A stretch of DNA of 64,000 bases from Candidatus Obscuribacteraceae bacterium (lineage in GTDB: Bacteria; Cyanobacteriota; Vampirovibrionia; Obscuribacterales; Obscuribacteraceae), in the NCBI GenBank assembly GCA_044226015.1, contig JBGAHS010000003.1, forward strand, positions 576,001 through 640,000. The letters are read 5' to 3'. A program made the position numbers and the translations under genes. A model generated the notes under the pieces. It did no database searches, was not told where the DNA came from, and saw only the letters and a list, made by a program, of their open reading frames with translations. Each line of letters begins with the position of its first letter. Position 1 is the stretch's first letter. Below, piece by piece: positions 38,928 through 49,488 of the stretch.

Positions 38928-40907
38928 TTACGCTTTTGCAGCGACAGGAATGTAATCGAGACTTTCCTTGTTTTCGACCGAAGAGAGATCTCCAGGATCT
39001 TCACCAAGATATTTTCTGCGAATGGTTCCACGCAAGATTTTGCCAGATCTCGTCTTTGGCAACGCAGCCACAATATGCACAGCCTCAGGCTTTAGAGGAT
39101 GCCCAAGCTTATGTCCAATTAGCTCTCGCAACTCTTTTTCCAGCTCAGAGCTGCCAGCTTTTCCTGGAACTATAACGACGAAACATACAAGACCTTCACC
39201 TTTAACAGCGTGGGGAACCCCAATGGCCGCCGCTTCAGCAACTGCTTCGTGTTCGACCAGAACAGACTCTACTTCTCCGGGACCCAGCCGTTTTCCTGCG
39301 ATCTTTATAGTATCGTCAGAACGCCCAAACAAGAACCAGAAGCCATCTTCATCAACTTTAGCCCAATCGCCGTGATACCAGATTTCAGGGAAACGATTGA
39401 AATAAGTATCGATATAGCGCTGAGGGTCACCCAGGAAGCCTTTAGTCATGGACGGAGACGGCTTTCTGCATATTAGATGACCGATGCCGTCCCGAATGCT
39501 CTTCCCTTCTTCATCGACTACATCAACATCCATACCGAGCCCGGGTCCGCCCAGAGTGCAAGGCTTCAAAGGCATACAAGGCAGAGGTTGAATCAGACAT
39601 CCGATAAGCTCAGTGCCTCCAGAAATGTTGATGATTGGGCTGCGACCTTTACCGACTTTGTTGAAAAACCACATGTAACTGTCGATATCCCAGGGTTCGC
39701 CAGTTGAGCCCATTAAACGAAGCGTAGACATTGGATATTTATCGACCCATTCGTCTCCTGCGGCCTTTAATACGCGAATAGCAGTAGGGCTGATTCCTAG
39801 CGTGTTTACTTTATGTCGCTCAACCATCTTCCAGACTCTATCTGGCTCAGGGAAGTTAGGTGCACCTTCAGCAATTACCATGGTGCCGCCCCAGAAGGTG
39901 ACACCGATCATTTCCCATGGTCCCATCATCCAGCCAATGTCAGTGAACCAGAAAAATACATCTGTTGGTTTCACGTCGAAGGCAAAACCCAGTTCACGTG
40001 CGATGGATGCGAGAGCTCCGGCGTGCGTATGCACAGTGCCTTTCGGCTTGCCGGTAGTGCCTGAAGTGTAGAGGTACATCGACGGATGCTCTGCTGGAAG
40101 GTGCGCAGTCGGAAGATTCGCATCCGCTTTGTCCACCACTTCACTCCAGAGCAGGTCGCGACCATCCTTCCATGTGGTGGACATTCCATAGCGATCCAAA
40201 ACTATAACGTGCTTCAGGTCTTCCAGTCCTTCTGCAGCTTCATCGGCATCAGGTTTGACAGCGATTTTCTTACCTCGGCGCATGCCACCATCAGCGGTGA
40301 ACAAGACCTTAGCCTTAGCGTCAACCATTCTAGCGCGGAGTGCTTGACCACCGAATCCACTGAAAACAGGAACAGCCACAGCACCGATCTTCAAACAACC
40401 GAAAAGTACTGCCACCACTTCAGGCACCATCGGCATGTAGATGCCTACAGTATCTCCAGCCTTCACACCCAGATTTAAGAGCGCCGATGCTACTTTGCTG
40501 CTTTGCTCATTTAGCTTTCCATAGGTCCAAACTACAGGTTCACCATCTTCCGTTTCCCAGATGATAGCCTTGTGATCAGCACCCACCTTGGGACGGTTCG
40601 CATGCACTTTTCCAGCAGCGTTGATGTGATAGTCCAGACAGTTATCTATGATGTTCATCTCTCCGCCGACGAACCACTTGGTCCAGGCGAAGCCCTCAGA
40701 CTGGTCCATCAACTTCGTGTAAGGCTTGTACCAGTCAAGTCCGACATAATCAAGCGCTTCAGTCCAAAACCAATTTGTGTCTTCTGCTGAACGCTTAACC
40801 AGCTCTTTCACATCAGAAATATTGTGCTTTTTCATAAAGTCCACGACTCTGCAATTCAGATAATCACCGGTCGGGCGCCAGATTACGTCGTTAAATGTTG
40901 TGCTCAT
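38928..40907 (-). CDS. acs: Acetate--CoA ligase-like AMP-forming acyl-CoA synthetase
   Basis: YTSGTTGKPKG, TDIGWMMG, STGEP, SGGTE, WYHGD, GRSDDTIK, LPKTRSGK. Substrate may be another short acyl chain. Confidence 0.85.
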   Translation of the reverse strand: MSTTFNDVIWRPTGDYLNCRVVDFMKKHNISDVKELVKRSAEDTNWFWTEALDYVGLDWYKPYTKLMDQSEGFAWTKWFVGGEMNIIDNCLDYHINAAGKVHANRPKVGADHKAIIWETEDGEPVVWTYGKLNEQSSKVASALLNLGVKAGDTVGIYMPMVPEVVAVLFGCLKIGAVAVPVFSGFGGQALRARMVDAKAKVLFTADGGMRRGKKIAVKPDADEAAEGLEDLKHVIVLDRYGMSTTWKDGRDLLWSEVVDKADANLPTAHLPAEHPSMYLYTSGTTGKPKGTVHTHAGALASIARELGFAFDVKPTDVFFWFTDIGWMMGPWEMIGVTFWGGTMVIAEGAPNFPEPDRVWKMVERHKVNTLGISPTAIRVLKAAGDEWVDKYPMSTLRLMGSTGEPWDIDSYMWFFNKVGKGRSPIINISGGTELIGCLIQPLPCMPLKPCTLGGPGLGMDVDVVDEEGKSIRDGIGHLICRKPSPSMTKGFLGDPQRYIDTYFNRFPEIWYHGDWAKVDEDGFWFLFGRSDDTIKIAGKRLGPGEVESVLVEHEAVAEAAAIGVPHAVKGEGLVCFVVIVPGKAGSSELEKELRELIGHKLGHPLKPEAVHIVAALPKTRSGKILRGTIRRKYLGEDPGDLSSVENKESLDYIPVAAKA

Positions 40908-41140
40908 ACTTAAGTTCCAAATATGGTTTGGGGCAAGAGCTATGCATTGTACATCTGTTGAGATTCTATATCGCTATCAATCTCTCATTTAAGCTATTCA
41001 AGAGCTTCTTGAAACAAAAAATGCTTTTACCTGCGAAAAGCCGACGGCAAACGCAAGAGACACAAAACTCAGTAAAGCACCGAAAGCGATTCATCACATT
41101 GCTCTATGCCTACTACTGCTTATCGTATTGCGACACAAAA

Positions 41141-41174
41141 TGCGAAAGCTGAGAATTACTTCTCAGCTCTCGCA
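41141..41174 (-). terminator. Terminator after the 41200-42484 pair
   Basis: TGCGAAAGCTGAGAA/TTCTCAGCTCTCGCA stem. Confidence 0.65.
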
Positions 41175-41199
41175 CGGTCAGCTCATGACCGACAGACGC

Positions 41200-41484
41200 T
41201 TACCACTGTGAAGCCATCACAGCAGTGATACCAACTGGAACGAGCACCAGTACGGTGATGGCAGCGACCTTCAGACCGAGCAGCGCCCCGGTGCGAACGT
41301 CTTCACCGTTGCGGTGACATCGGTAAGCGCCGCATAGACTGCAGACCATGGCTAGTATGCAGATGTGAATGGAGTATCCACACACTGCATGGAAGCACGC
41401 GAGAAAGAATAGAAACACTGCAAGACCCATGATTGTCTTCCTTTCCAGGCAGACCCGAAACCTTCGTTCCGGGACTGCGGTCAT
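41200..41484 (-). CDS. Small membrane protein
   Basis: Two to three hydrophobic segments; directly downstream of the propeller gene. Start uncertain. Confidence 0.55.
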   Translation of the reverse strand: MTAVPERRFRVCLERKTIMGLAVFLFFLACFHAVCGYSIHICILAMVCSLCGAYRCHRNGEDVRTGALLGLKVAAITVLVLVPVGITAVMASQW

Positions 41485-41512
41485 GTGAATCGTCAATCAC
41501 AACAAGGGTTGA

Positions 41513-42484
41513 TTACTCTGGCGGCAAGACAGATGCCACACAAAGTACCGACCCGTAGTGGTGCGCGCCGACCATCGGCAAGCCTTCAATCGGGTTGAAA
41601 CTGTCTGCCTCCGGCAGATATTGCGGCAACCCATCGGCGTTCACGGTGTAGTTCAGAATTCGCACGCCACCATCTGTGAAGGCAAGAATTCGTTCCTTGC
41701 GTCCAAATTGCAGTGAATGAATTCTGGTTGTGTTCCGCAGTTTGACGACCGCGCCCTGCCGCAGCCCACTGGAAGCAAGCCAGACTTCGTTGCCTACCCC
41801 AGCGTAAACTAGCAGCCCAGGTGCAGCGTAGTCCAGAGCCTTGATTTGCATGGCGTTGATGACTTGCCCGTCGAAGAGGTCAACGCCTCGACTGGTAGGA
41901 AGCTCATCACTTTCGTAGGGCACTTCAACAAGCGAGTTGTTCTCGCAGGCAAGAATGAGCATGCGCGAAGCTTCGTCGAAGACCATGGCTCGTCCAGGCG
42001 ATGGAAGTTGCACTTGATACAGCTCTTCGGTATCGCCGTCATCTTTGAGGCGGAATACAGTCACAGTGCAGTCTGCAGATGCCACCGCCAACAGCTCTGC
42101 CGAAGAGTCGAAAGCAAGGCAAATAGCCTTTTCGCAGTAGATCGGCTCGTAGGACTCGCTGCTGTTAGACGGGTTGATGCGGTAGACGAAATCATCACCC
42201 TGAAAAACCAGCGCAAGCTGACTGCACATCGGGTTGAAAGCCAGACATTTCAGAGGGTCACGGAAGCGAAACTTGTTGCTGCGGCTGCTGGCATTCAGCT
42301 CGATAACGGTTCCATCTTCCATCATCGGATTGAGTCCAGCAGCACGCAGGTCGTGAAACTCCGGCGCTTGGTCTTGATACTTCACGACTGCGCATGAAGC
42401 AAAGGGCGAGAACAGAACAGAGTCGACTTCGCTTCGAGGGTAAGCTGGGTCGACAAGAACAGGAACAACAGAGTACTTTTTCAT
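41513..42484 (-). CDS. WD40-like beta-propeller protein
   Basis: Repeats CLAFNP, CLAFDSSAELLAVASADCTVTVF, AMVFD, ALDY, SLQF; AAGGA RBS. Confidence 0.75.
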   Translation of the reverse strand: MKKYSVVPVLVDPAYPRSEVDSVLFSPFASCAVVKYQDQAPEFHDLRAAGLNPMMEDGTVIELNASSRSNKFRFRDPLKCLAFNPMCSQLALVFQGDDFVYRINPSNSSESYEPIYCEKAICLAFDSSAELLAVASADCTVTVFRLKDDGDTEELYQVQLPSPGRAMVFDEASRMLILACENNSLVEVPYESDELPTSRGVDLFDGQVINAMQIKALDYAAPGLLVYAGVGNEVWLASSGLRQGAVVKLRNTTRIHSLQFGRKERILAFTDGGVRILNYTVNADGLPQYLPEADSFNPIEGLPMVGAHHYGSVLCVASVLPPE

Positions 42485-42815
42485 ACAGAATTCCTTGGGT
42501 TGTGAGTTATAACGCCTGAAAGGCGCCTTGACTCAAAGTGAAATGAACTCGAAACAGTTGTTGGTTTGGTGAAATTCAGCCTTGGGGAGAAAAAAACAGA
42601 GATACTTCTCACCCAAACACAGACGCCAGCCGATGGACCACCTCTATCAGCGCGGTGTAACAGTGTGCGTTCGTATATTTCACACGCAAGTCGCTAAAAC
42701 CCTTCACGCAAGGTGCTGAAATGACTAATAGCAGGCAGTCCTGTAACATTAAAGCTCTTGCTAATTTTTCCGCTCGCAACTCTGTTAGGATTTAGAAGCC
42801 AACGAGATAGAGACC

Positions 42816-43178
42816 ATGTCAGAAGAAAACCGCACAGACCGTCCATGGGGAAGTTTCTACGTTCTGGTTGACAGTGAAGCCACCAAGGTGAAACGGCTGC
42901 TGGTCAATCCGGGACAGCGTTTGAGCCTGCAAAGCCACAAGCATAGAGACGAACACTGGGTCGTTGTTAGTGGCACAGCAACAGTAACACTAGATGACGA
43001 AACCCGCGACTACTCTTATGGACAACACATTTTTGTGAAACGGGGCACCAGACATAGAATTTCTTGCACAAAAGACCAGGCAGTCGAAATAATTGAGATT
43101 CAAATCGGCGACTCCTTTGCGGAAGAGGACATCATCAGGTACAGCGATGATTACGGCCGCTCAGGACAAGACTGTTAA
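42816..43178 (+). CDS. Cupin protein, mannose-6-phosphate isomerase type II C-terminal family
   Basis: RPWG, PGQRLSLQSHKHRDEHWVVV, EIQIG, EEDIIRYSDDYGR. Confidence 0.93.
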   Translation: MSEENRTDRPWGSFYVLVDSEATKVKRLLVNPGQRLSLQSHKHRDEHWVVVSGTATVTLDDETRDYSYGQHIFVKRGTRHRISCTKDQAVEIIEIQIGDSFAEEDIIRYSDDYGRSGQDC

Positions 43179-43596
43179 CTAGCAATTCACGTTAACTCAA
43201 CAAACTTACACAAATGCTTTGATTAGAAGCTCGCGTCATTTGTGCAAGCACATATTAGCCAAAAAAAATGGGAATCTACGCACGCTGCCTGGGCCCATCC
43301 GCACTTCGTCGGAGGCGTACACGGTCAACGGCGCACGCCGACACAGGCAATTTACATGCCTTAGGAACAGTTTGCAATTTCAGGGGAGTAAGCCCTAGGG
43401 TGAGCTGTCTCTTTCATCACTCCTCACCGCCGGCAAACGAACCCCAACAAGTAACTTAGCCACAGTCAACACATCGAACTCTGAGTGCGTACTCAGGGCT
43501 TGATGCATGCGGTGATGAACCTCGAAGAGACGCTTCTCGCGTTCCGGTCTAGTCGACTGCGAACAAAACCTAAACTTTTTTCGTGAAGGAGCCTTT

Positions 43597-44814
43597 ATGT
43601 CGAAAGCTCAACTGCTTCGGGCTGGCAATGTTCGCCAGATGCCCATCGTCAACACGCGAGGAAACCTGCTCGGCGTTCGCGCCATGCGCCACTCCGACCG
43701 CGTCATCGAACACAACAAGATGCGCCAGACCTGGTTCCAGACCTTCGCTGGTTTCGTCGGGCTCAGCCTGCTCATCGCCGGCGCCAGCTGGTTCTTCGGT
43801 GGGCTGACCATTCTCGGCTGGTTCGGCGGCATCTGGTTCGCCACCTTGCTGCTCGCCTGGTGGTTCAGCGCGTGGATCACTCCTCGCGCGGTTCAGGCTT
43901 ACGCCGCCGACCCCAACACCGAGCGCGGTGCTGCTGCCATTCGCTGTGCTGATCGTGCCTGGACGCAGCTCACCGACCATGTGCGCGAGCACTACGGCGA
44001 GCGTGTCGTTCGGCTGCTCAAGCGACCGGAGGTCATGCTCTCGCCGAACAAGCACGCCAATGCGTTCTGCACCGGGCGCGGCTGGCGCAACTCTGTCATC
44101 GTCATCTTCGAAGGCGCGTTCCTCTCGGGCATGACCGAAGACGAAATCGTCGCCGTTCTGGGTCACGAACTCGGACACTTCTTCCACCTGGACGTGTTCC
44201 TCCAGACCATCGCTTCCGTGCTCGGCGCCGTGTTCACGTTGACGGTCGCGAGCACCTTCAAGCGCTTCGTTCAGCCGCTTTTCGCCCGCCTGCCTCGCTG
44301 GCTGAGCTGGCTGGGTTGGCTCAGCAACATCGCGCTGCTCTTCGGCTTCCGCTTCGGCGGCGGTCTCGTCAAGGTCGTGCAGATGTTCATTTCCCGCTCT
44401 CGCGAAGCTTCGGCTGATGCATTCTGCTCGGAAATCACCGACGACCCGTGCGCCCTCGCACGTGCGCTGAAGAAGCTGGTCGCCTACGAAGTCGACCTGG
44501 CGAAGAAGGAAGCTGAGGAAGCCGAGAAGAAGAAGCAAGCCGACCCCGTGGCCTATCACGCCGCGCAGATGCTCAAACTCTGCGAGGACTCCGTGCTGGA
44601 TGCGCTCGGCATCATGCTCTTCATCGACACCCTGGAGACGCTCGACCAACACGAGCGTGCTCAGACGGGTCAGAAGCCCTCGGCTCTGGCTCGTTGGTGG
44701 AACAGCCTGATGGAAAACCACCCGCCGGTCGAAGACCGAGTCGCGTGGCTGGAACTGGCCGCTGGTCAGTCCTGCCCGTGCCCCGAGGTCGACGACCGGT
44801 TCCGTCGCCGCTAA
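43597..44814 (+). CDS. htpX: HtpX-like M48 membrane zinc metalloprotease
   Basis: N-terminal TMs, ANAFCTG, AVLGHELGH, ISRSREASAD, LARALKKL, HPPVEDRV; GAAGGAG RBS. Confidence 0.88.
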   Translation: MSKAQLLRAGNVRQMPIVNTRGNLLGVRAMRHSDRVIEHNKMRQTWFQTFAGFVGLSLLIAGASWFFGGLTILGWFGGIWFATLLLAWWFSAWITPRAVQAYAADPNTERGAAAIRCADRAWTQLTDHVREHYGERVVRLLKRPEVMLSPNKHANAFCTGRGWRNSVIVIFEGAFLSGMTEDEIVAVLGHELGHFFHLDVFLQTIASVLGAVFTLTVASTFKRFVQPLFARLPRWLSWLGWLSNIALLFGFRFGGGLVKVVQMFISRSREASADAFCSEITDDPCALARALKKLVAYEVDLAKKEAEEAEKKKQADPVAYHAAQMLKLCEDSVLDALGIMLFIDTLETLDQHERAQTGQKPSALARWWNSLMENHPPVEDRVAWLELAAGQSCPCPEVDDRFRRR

Positions 44815-44825
44815 GCTCGGCGCAA

Positions 44826-44860
44826 AGGAGGGCACCAGCAATGGTGCCCTCCTGTTCTTT
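44826..44860 (+). terminator. Terminator after htpX
   Basis: AGGAGGGCACCA/TGGTGCCCTCCT 12-bp stem plus T-rich tail. Confidence 0.8.
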
Positions 44861-44908
44861 CTCAGTCGTAATAACAAAAACAATAAGCAGCGAAGGAGCG
44901 AGACTGTT

Positions 44909-45142
44909 ATGAGTACACATCACGTTTGCGTTTTTCGCAAGGTCCGCGGTTCCGATGAATACGTGCCCATCAACCAGGTTTTCGACCTCAAAGTGGGCGA
45001 ACGCAAATTCATCGGACAGTTCCGTGAAGAGACGGTCAACGACGGACCCTCGGGCAGCCACAAGCGCACGATCTGCCTGCCTGTCGGCAAGCCCAGCGAA
45101 TCAACGCTGAGCCAGCCAGACATCGATGGGCTGAAGCGCTAA
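44909..45142 (+). CDS. Small hypothetical protein (77 aa)
   Basis: GAAGGAG RBS, same codon bias as htpX, own terminator at 45150-45191. Confidence 0.7.
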   Translation: MSTHHVCVFRKVRGSDEYVPINQVFDLKVGERKFIGQFREETVNDGPSGSHKRTICLPVGKPSESTLSQPDIDGLKR

Positions 45143-45421
45143 GCCGCAGCAAATGGACGGAAGACTCAAATCTTCCGCCCATTTGACTTTTCCAGACATA
45201 CACGACATGGCGTAGTACGCTTAACATGAAATACAAAGACGACGGCTTCCCTGGCAGAGTAGCAGCAGAAGACCCAGATAAGTTCATTATCTGGATCTTT
45301 CTTGCTGACTCAAATTGCTCTAAGCAACCAAAATAGAGTAAATAGAGTTCTTAGAGCAGAGCACACCCAATTTTTCCTCCATCAAGGATGCGCATGTTTT
45401 CTTCTCACTTCTCAGATGGAA

Positions 45422-45838
45422 TCAGGAAGCACTAGCAGACTCATCCGGTCCAAGACACTCCCAATAGCGGTGCCAGCTGTGGATCGTCTTGTATGAACGG
45501 CTAAACTCCGGAGCATAGCGAGCCCTGTATCTTACTCCATCCAAGACGACCTCTTCTTGCGAGCGCGCTGAAGGAAAGTAGTGATCAAGACGTGCAGACA
45601 CTGAGCTGAATTGCTCAAGTGCTTTGCGTTCCTCCCAATAGCTACCCCACTTCGTAACTTTGCCTCCCACAAGCTTTCCAGCTCTCCGATAGCCTCCCTG
45701 CTTCACCAGCGGATAAAACCGCCGCCTGTATTCTCGCCCCTGATACTTCACGGTCTGATTTGAACCAGTGGAAGAGAATTTCTCATTGAGAAACTCGTTC
45801 ATTTCCTGGTCATCAATTCGCTCAAATCCAAATTCCAT
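45422..45838 (-). CDS. Hypothetical protein with an internal two-fold repeat
   Basis: GREYRRRFYP...KWGSYWE and GVRYRARYAP...SWHRYWE. Confidence 0.7.
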   Translation of the reverse strand: MEFGFERIDDQEMNEFLNEKFSSTGSNQTVKYQGREYRRRFYPLVKQGGYRRAGKLVGGKVTKWGSYWEERKALEQFSSVSARLDHYFPSARSQEEVVLDGVRYRARYAPEFSRSYKTIHSWHRYWECLGPDESASAS

Positions 45839-46172
45839 CAAACGATACCCCCATTGTTTTGCAGTGCAAGTCAGTTCCAACGAAAAAAAAATCCGCATGA
45901 CGCAAAGCCATGTGGATTCAAAGACTCAATCAATGATCTTGTGATTTTTTTTCGGAAAATTCCTGTGCTGAAACTGCTGTGTAGACAGCTACAAACCTAA
46001 GACACTCATTGACCCGAAGTCAGTAAAAAAATCACTCAGTGACGTAATCACCGCCTTTACAGTGGCTGCTCAGCTAGCGCAAGGCTCTAATTCTGCAGGT
46101 CAATAAGTTCTGAGCAGTTAAGTGTCTTTCCAATTGAAGCAGGGTATAAAAAAATGGCTCAAGGAATTTTGA

Positions 46173-46886
46173 ATGAACGAAGAAAAATCGGAAAAGCAGC
46201 GCAGAACAGAAAAGGAGATTCTTTTTCAACGCCGACTCGCCGAATTGCGAAGCAAGAAACAACGCTTCGCCTGGGAGTCAGGTGAACTTCCCCAATTCGA
46301 GATTCCAAAACATGAGTCAAAACTACTTGCTGATCGTGAGGTCGAAGACCCCAACCTAAGCGAAGAAGAGCTTGAGCTGCGTGCCCTCCTCGATCTAACT
46401 TCCAGAACATACGATTTCAAAACTTTCTACAAACGTTTGAACTACGAACTCAGAAGAGCCAGAAGATATAAACGCCCGCTCTCATTGATTCTCGTAGCAG
46501 TAGATCAATACGAGGTACTATCCCTTAAAGTCAGTGCCGCCGCGCGCGACGCTGCTGTTCAGGCGACTGCAAAACTGCTATTGAGCAGCATTCGCGACGT
46601 TGATATCGCAGGAAGATGCAGAGAAGACACATTCGGTGTCATACTGCCAGAGACGGCTGGACCGGGCGCTGAAATCGCATCAGAGCGCATAAGAACTCGC
46701 ATTGAGGCACATCAACTACCAGTTCCATTCGACAATTTGCTGATTACAGTCAGTGTTGCAGTCGCACATTTTCCGGGACACGGAGAGGAAGTAGAAGAAC
46801 TTTTCGGCAATTGCGTAGATGCGCTTTTGTGGATTTTGAAACGTGGTGGCAACGCCGTAATGTTTGCGAAGGAAATTCCTCAATAA
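46173..46886 (+). CDS. Degenerate GGDEF-domain protein
   Basis: ELRRARRYKRPLSLIL, IRDVDIAGR-CREDTF-GVILPET, ITVSVAVA, KRGGNAV. Confidence 0.87.
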   Translation: MNEEKSEKQRRTEKEILFQRRLAELRSKKQRFAWESGELPQFEIPKHESKLLADREVEDPNLSEEELELRALLDLTSRTYDFKTFYKRLNYELRRARRYKRPLSLILVAVDQYEVLSLKVSAAARDAAVQATAKLLLSSIRDVDIAGRCREDTFGVILPETAGPGAEIASERIRTRIEAHQLPVPFDNLLITVSVAVAHFPGHGEEVEELFGNCVDALLWILKRGGNAVMFAKEIPQ

Positions 46887-47038
46887 CTTTGCACCAAATA
46901 CGCCACCACTACATTTCAACCAATTCGTTTCCAACAGCCTACTATGTTTATACATACGAATCAATCCGTAGACAAGGCACAAAGAAGAAGGACCAGACAG
47001 AAAGTGGCGAATGCCACATTTCTACCTGGTCCCGGAGA

Positions 47039-47488
47039 TTATCGTCCGCCCCGGTCCATCCAGGCGGCGACTTCTTCTTCTCGTTCTGCTCCGAAGGCAC
47101 AGCCGCTCGAACGCAAGCAGAACGCCCGCACTCGATGCATCTTCGCCATGAAGTGGTTGCCGGGCGAGAAATACCCTTTCAGGTTTTCCAGCACGGACTT
47201 CAGGCTCGCTGCGCAGCCGACGTAGTCGCCCTGAGCAAGGCGAAACTCGGCGAGTTCGAAGTGCGAGCGCATAGCGTCACGCCACTTGAAGGGACGCTGG
47301 CCATCGCAGAAAGCCGCCGCCGCCACGAGATTCTTCTCGATGACAGAAACGTCGGTCGCATGCCGAGCGGCCAGGCGAAGCAGAACCAGATTCCGAGGCG
47401 ACTCGTAGCACAAATCATCGCAAAGAATTGCCTCGACCAGATGTGCCGCTGAAGCGAGAGCCTCCGCAGCCTGGGTAATATTTTCCAT
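47039..47488 (-). CDS. Hypothetical helical (TPR-like) protein
   Basis: Ala/Leu helical pattern; ATG 47488 after GGAG; downstream of the ABC gene. Confidence 0.6.
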   Translation of the reverse strand: MENITQAAEALASAAHLVEAILCDDLCYESPRNLVLLRLAARHATDVSVIEKNLVAAAAFCDGQRPFKWRDAMRSHFELAEFRLAQGDYVGCAASLKSVLENLKGYFSPGNHFMAKMHRVRAFCLRSSGCAFGAEREEEVAAWMDRGGR

Positions 47489-47571
47489 ACACGCTGTCTC
47501 CACAGCTAGTTGTTGCACCATGGAGCGGAGAGTGACCGAAGCCACCCTCCGCCCCCCGCTTGTCGGCTGAC

Positions 47572-49488
47572 TTAGCCGGATACTTCCGTGCTGGGCACCA
47601 CTTTCCAGCTACCGTCGCCGGTAAGCTTGAGCACCTCAGCATGGTACTTCACCAACGTCGGACGGTGCCCAACGCTGACGTAGGTCGTGCCGCTCTTCTG
47701 GAGAAGCTCGTAGACATGCTCTTCGTTGGGAACGTCGAGCGCGCTGGTGGCTTCGTCCAGGATTGCGTACTTCGGCTTGGCGAGCAAGAGTCGAGCGATT
47801 GCCAGACGCTGTTTTTCGCCGCCGGAGACGATGGACTGCCAGTCGAGAATCTTGTCGAAACCGCCGTGGTTGCCGGGCAGATGACCGAGATTGACCAGCT
47901 CGAGAACCGCTTGCAGCTCAGCGTCCGTCTTGTTCTCACATTTCGGGAAGAGCAATTGCTCACGCAGAGTTGCGGTCACCATGAGGTAAGGCGACTGCGG
48001 CAGGAACATGATGTCGTCCAGTCCCGGGCGGGTGATAGTGCCAGAGCCAGAACGCCAGAGTCCGGCGAACGTGCGCAGCAAGGAAGTCTTGCCGCAGCCG
48101 CTGGGACCCATGATGACCAACCCACCCTTCGACACGGTAGCGGTCAAGTCACGCACGAGAGTGCGCTCATAGTCCGGAGTGCAGAGGGTGAGATTATCGA
48201 GAGCCAACTTTTCGCCGACGACAATGTCGATACGGCTCCGACCCGGAACGTTGGAGGGCTCGGTTGCATTGAGAGCCCGGTCGAAACCCCACAGACGGTT
48301 AATGTTGGCAGTGAACAGGCTGAGCGTGCGGAATTCCACCACGATGAGTGTCAGGGCCGAAAGCACCTGGCCAAACGCCTGAGAAGCCTGCGAGATTGTG
48401 CCCATCTCCACCTTGCCGGCGAAGTAGAGCGGTCCGAGCACCAGGAAAGGAATCGCGACGGTGAAGTAGTCGCTGCCGGTTTGAATGAAACCGAGATTCC
48501 GAGTCCAGCCAATGAGCTGGTTCCAGTTCGTCATGACCTCGCTGAAGCGGCGCCGCAATTGCGACTCTTCACGCTGCTCGCCCTGGTAGAACGCGATCGC
48601 TTCGGTGTTGTTGCGAACGTGAACCAGGTTGTAGCGGAAGTCAGCTTCATAACGGGAGTGATTGAAGTTCAATCCGACGAGCTTTCGTCCAACGAAAACC
48701 GCAATCACAGTAAAGATTGCAGACCATCCGATTGCAATCCAAGCAAGCCAACCGGTGGGGTCGACTTCCTTGAGAATCGGCATGAAGCTCGAATAGGTCA
48801 TGACGCCGCCTAGTGCGGCCAGTAGCAGATTGCCCGCACCGCTCACGAACGCGTCCACGTCTTGCGCGATACGTTCATCAGGGTTGTCGATGTGGGCCAT
48901 GTGGTTGATCTTGTAGTAGTTCTGGTCCTTGAACCAGAGCTCCAGGTAGTGCTTGGTCATCCAGTTGCGCCAGCACATGGCGAACTTGTTCTTGACGTAG
49001 CTGTAGAGCACCACCACGAAGGTGCCAACCACGAAGCACGACAGCAAGCGGATAACCATGGTCATGAAGTTGGCCTGATCCTTGTGGTTCAGGGCGTTCA
49101 TGATGGCGCCGTTTGCGACGTTCAGAATCACGTTGAGAACGTTGACGCTGAGCATCAGCAAGAGCAGCAGGAAGAGAAGGAGCATTCCCTGATGATGCTC
49201 GTTCTTGGGCCAGAATCTGCGACCCAGGTAACTTGCACCTGCAGTGAGTGCGACGGCCGGGGTGACATAGTACAGCAAGAAGCTGTCCAGTCCAGACTTG
49301 TAGCCGGCGATGACGAAGTTCGTGATGTCTTCGACGTGCGCGGCGACCTGCTGAAGGCCGAAGTAGGAAGCAACAGTGGCCACGATCAGAACCGCCCAGA
49401 GGGGCAGACTTTTCAAGCCATTCGGGAACCAAAATGGGCGTGCGATATCGAAAAATCGCTTCGCCATGCCAAGCTTTTCACTTTGCAT
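47572..49488 (-). CDS. Fused permease/ATPase ABC transporter, ABCD/YddA/Rv1819c (BacA-type) family
   Basis: DNPDERIAQDV, EAIAFY, Walker A GPSGCGKT, SGGEKQR, LDEATSALD, SVGHR. Confidence 0.92.
   Translation of the reverse strand: MQSEKLGMAKRFFDIARPFWFPNGLKSLPLWAVLIVATVASYFGLQQVAAHVEDITNFVIAGYKSGLDSFLLYYVTPAVALTAGASYLGRRFWPKNEHHQGMLLLFLLLLLMLSVNVLNVILNVANGAIMNALNHKDQANFMTMVIRLLSCFVVGTFVVVLYSYVKNKFAMCWRNWMTKHYLELWFKDQNYYKINHMAHIDNPDERIAQDVDAFVSGAGNLLLAALGGVMTYSSFMPILKEVDPTGWLAWIAIGWSAIFTVIAVFVGRKLVGLNFNHSRYEADFRYNLVHVRNNTEAIAFYQGEQREESQLRRRFSEVMTNWNQLIGWTRNLGFIQTGSDYFTVAIPFLVLGPLYFAGKVEMGTISQASQAFGQVLSALTLIVVEFRTLSLFTANINRLWGFDRALNATEPSNVPGRSRIDIVVGEKLALDNLTLCTPDYERTLVRDLTATVSKGGLVIMGPSGCGKTSLLRTFAGLWRSGSGTITRPGLDDIMFLPQSPYLMVTATLREQLLFPKCENKTDAELQAVLELVNLGHLPGNHGGFDKILDWQSIVSGGEKQRLAIARLLLAKPKYAILDEATSALDVPNEEHVYELLQKSGTTYVSVGHRPTLVKYHAEVLKLTGDGSWKVVPSTEVSG

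Noticed and set aside
43380..43445. yybP-ykoY manganese riboswitch (CAGGGGAGTA start)
   Set aside because: The 3' GAGACC element and expected pairing are absent, and the downstream gene is not a typical target.
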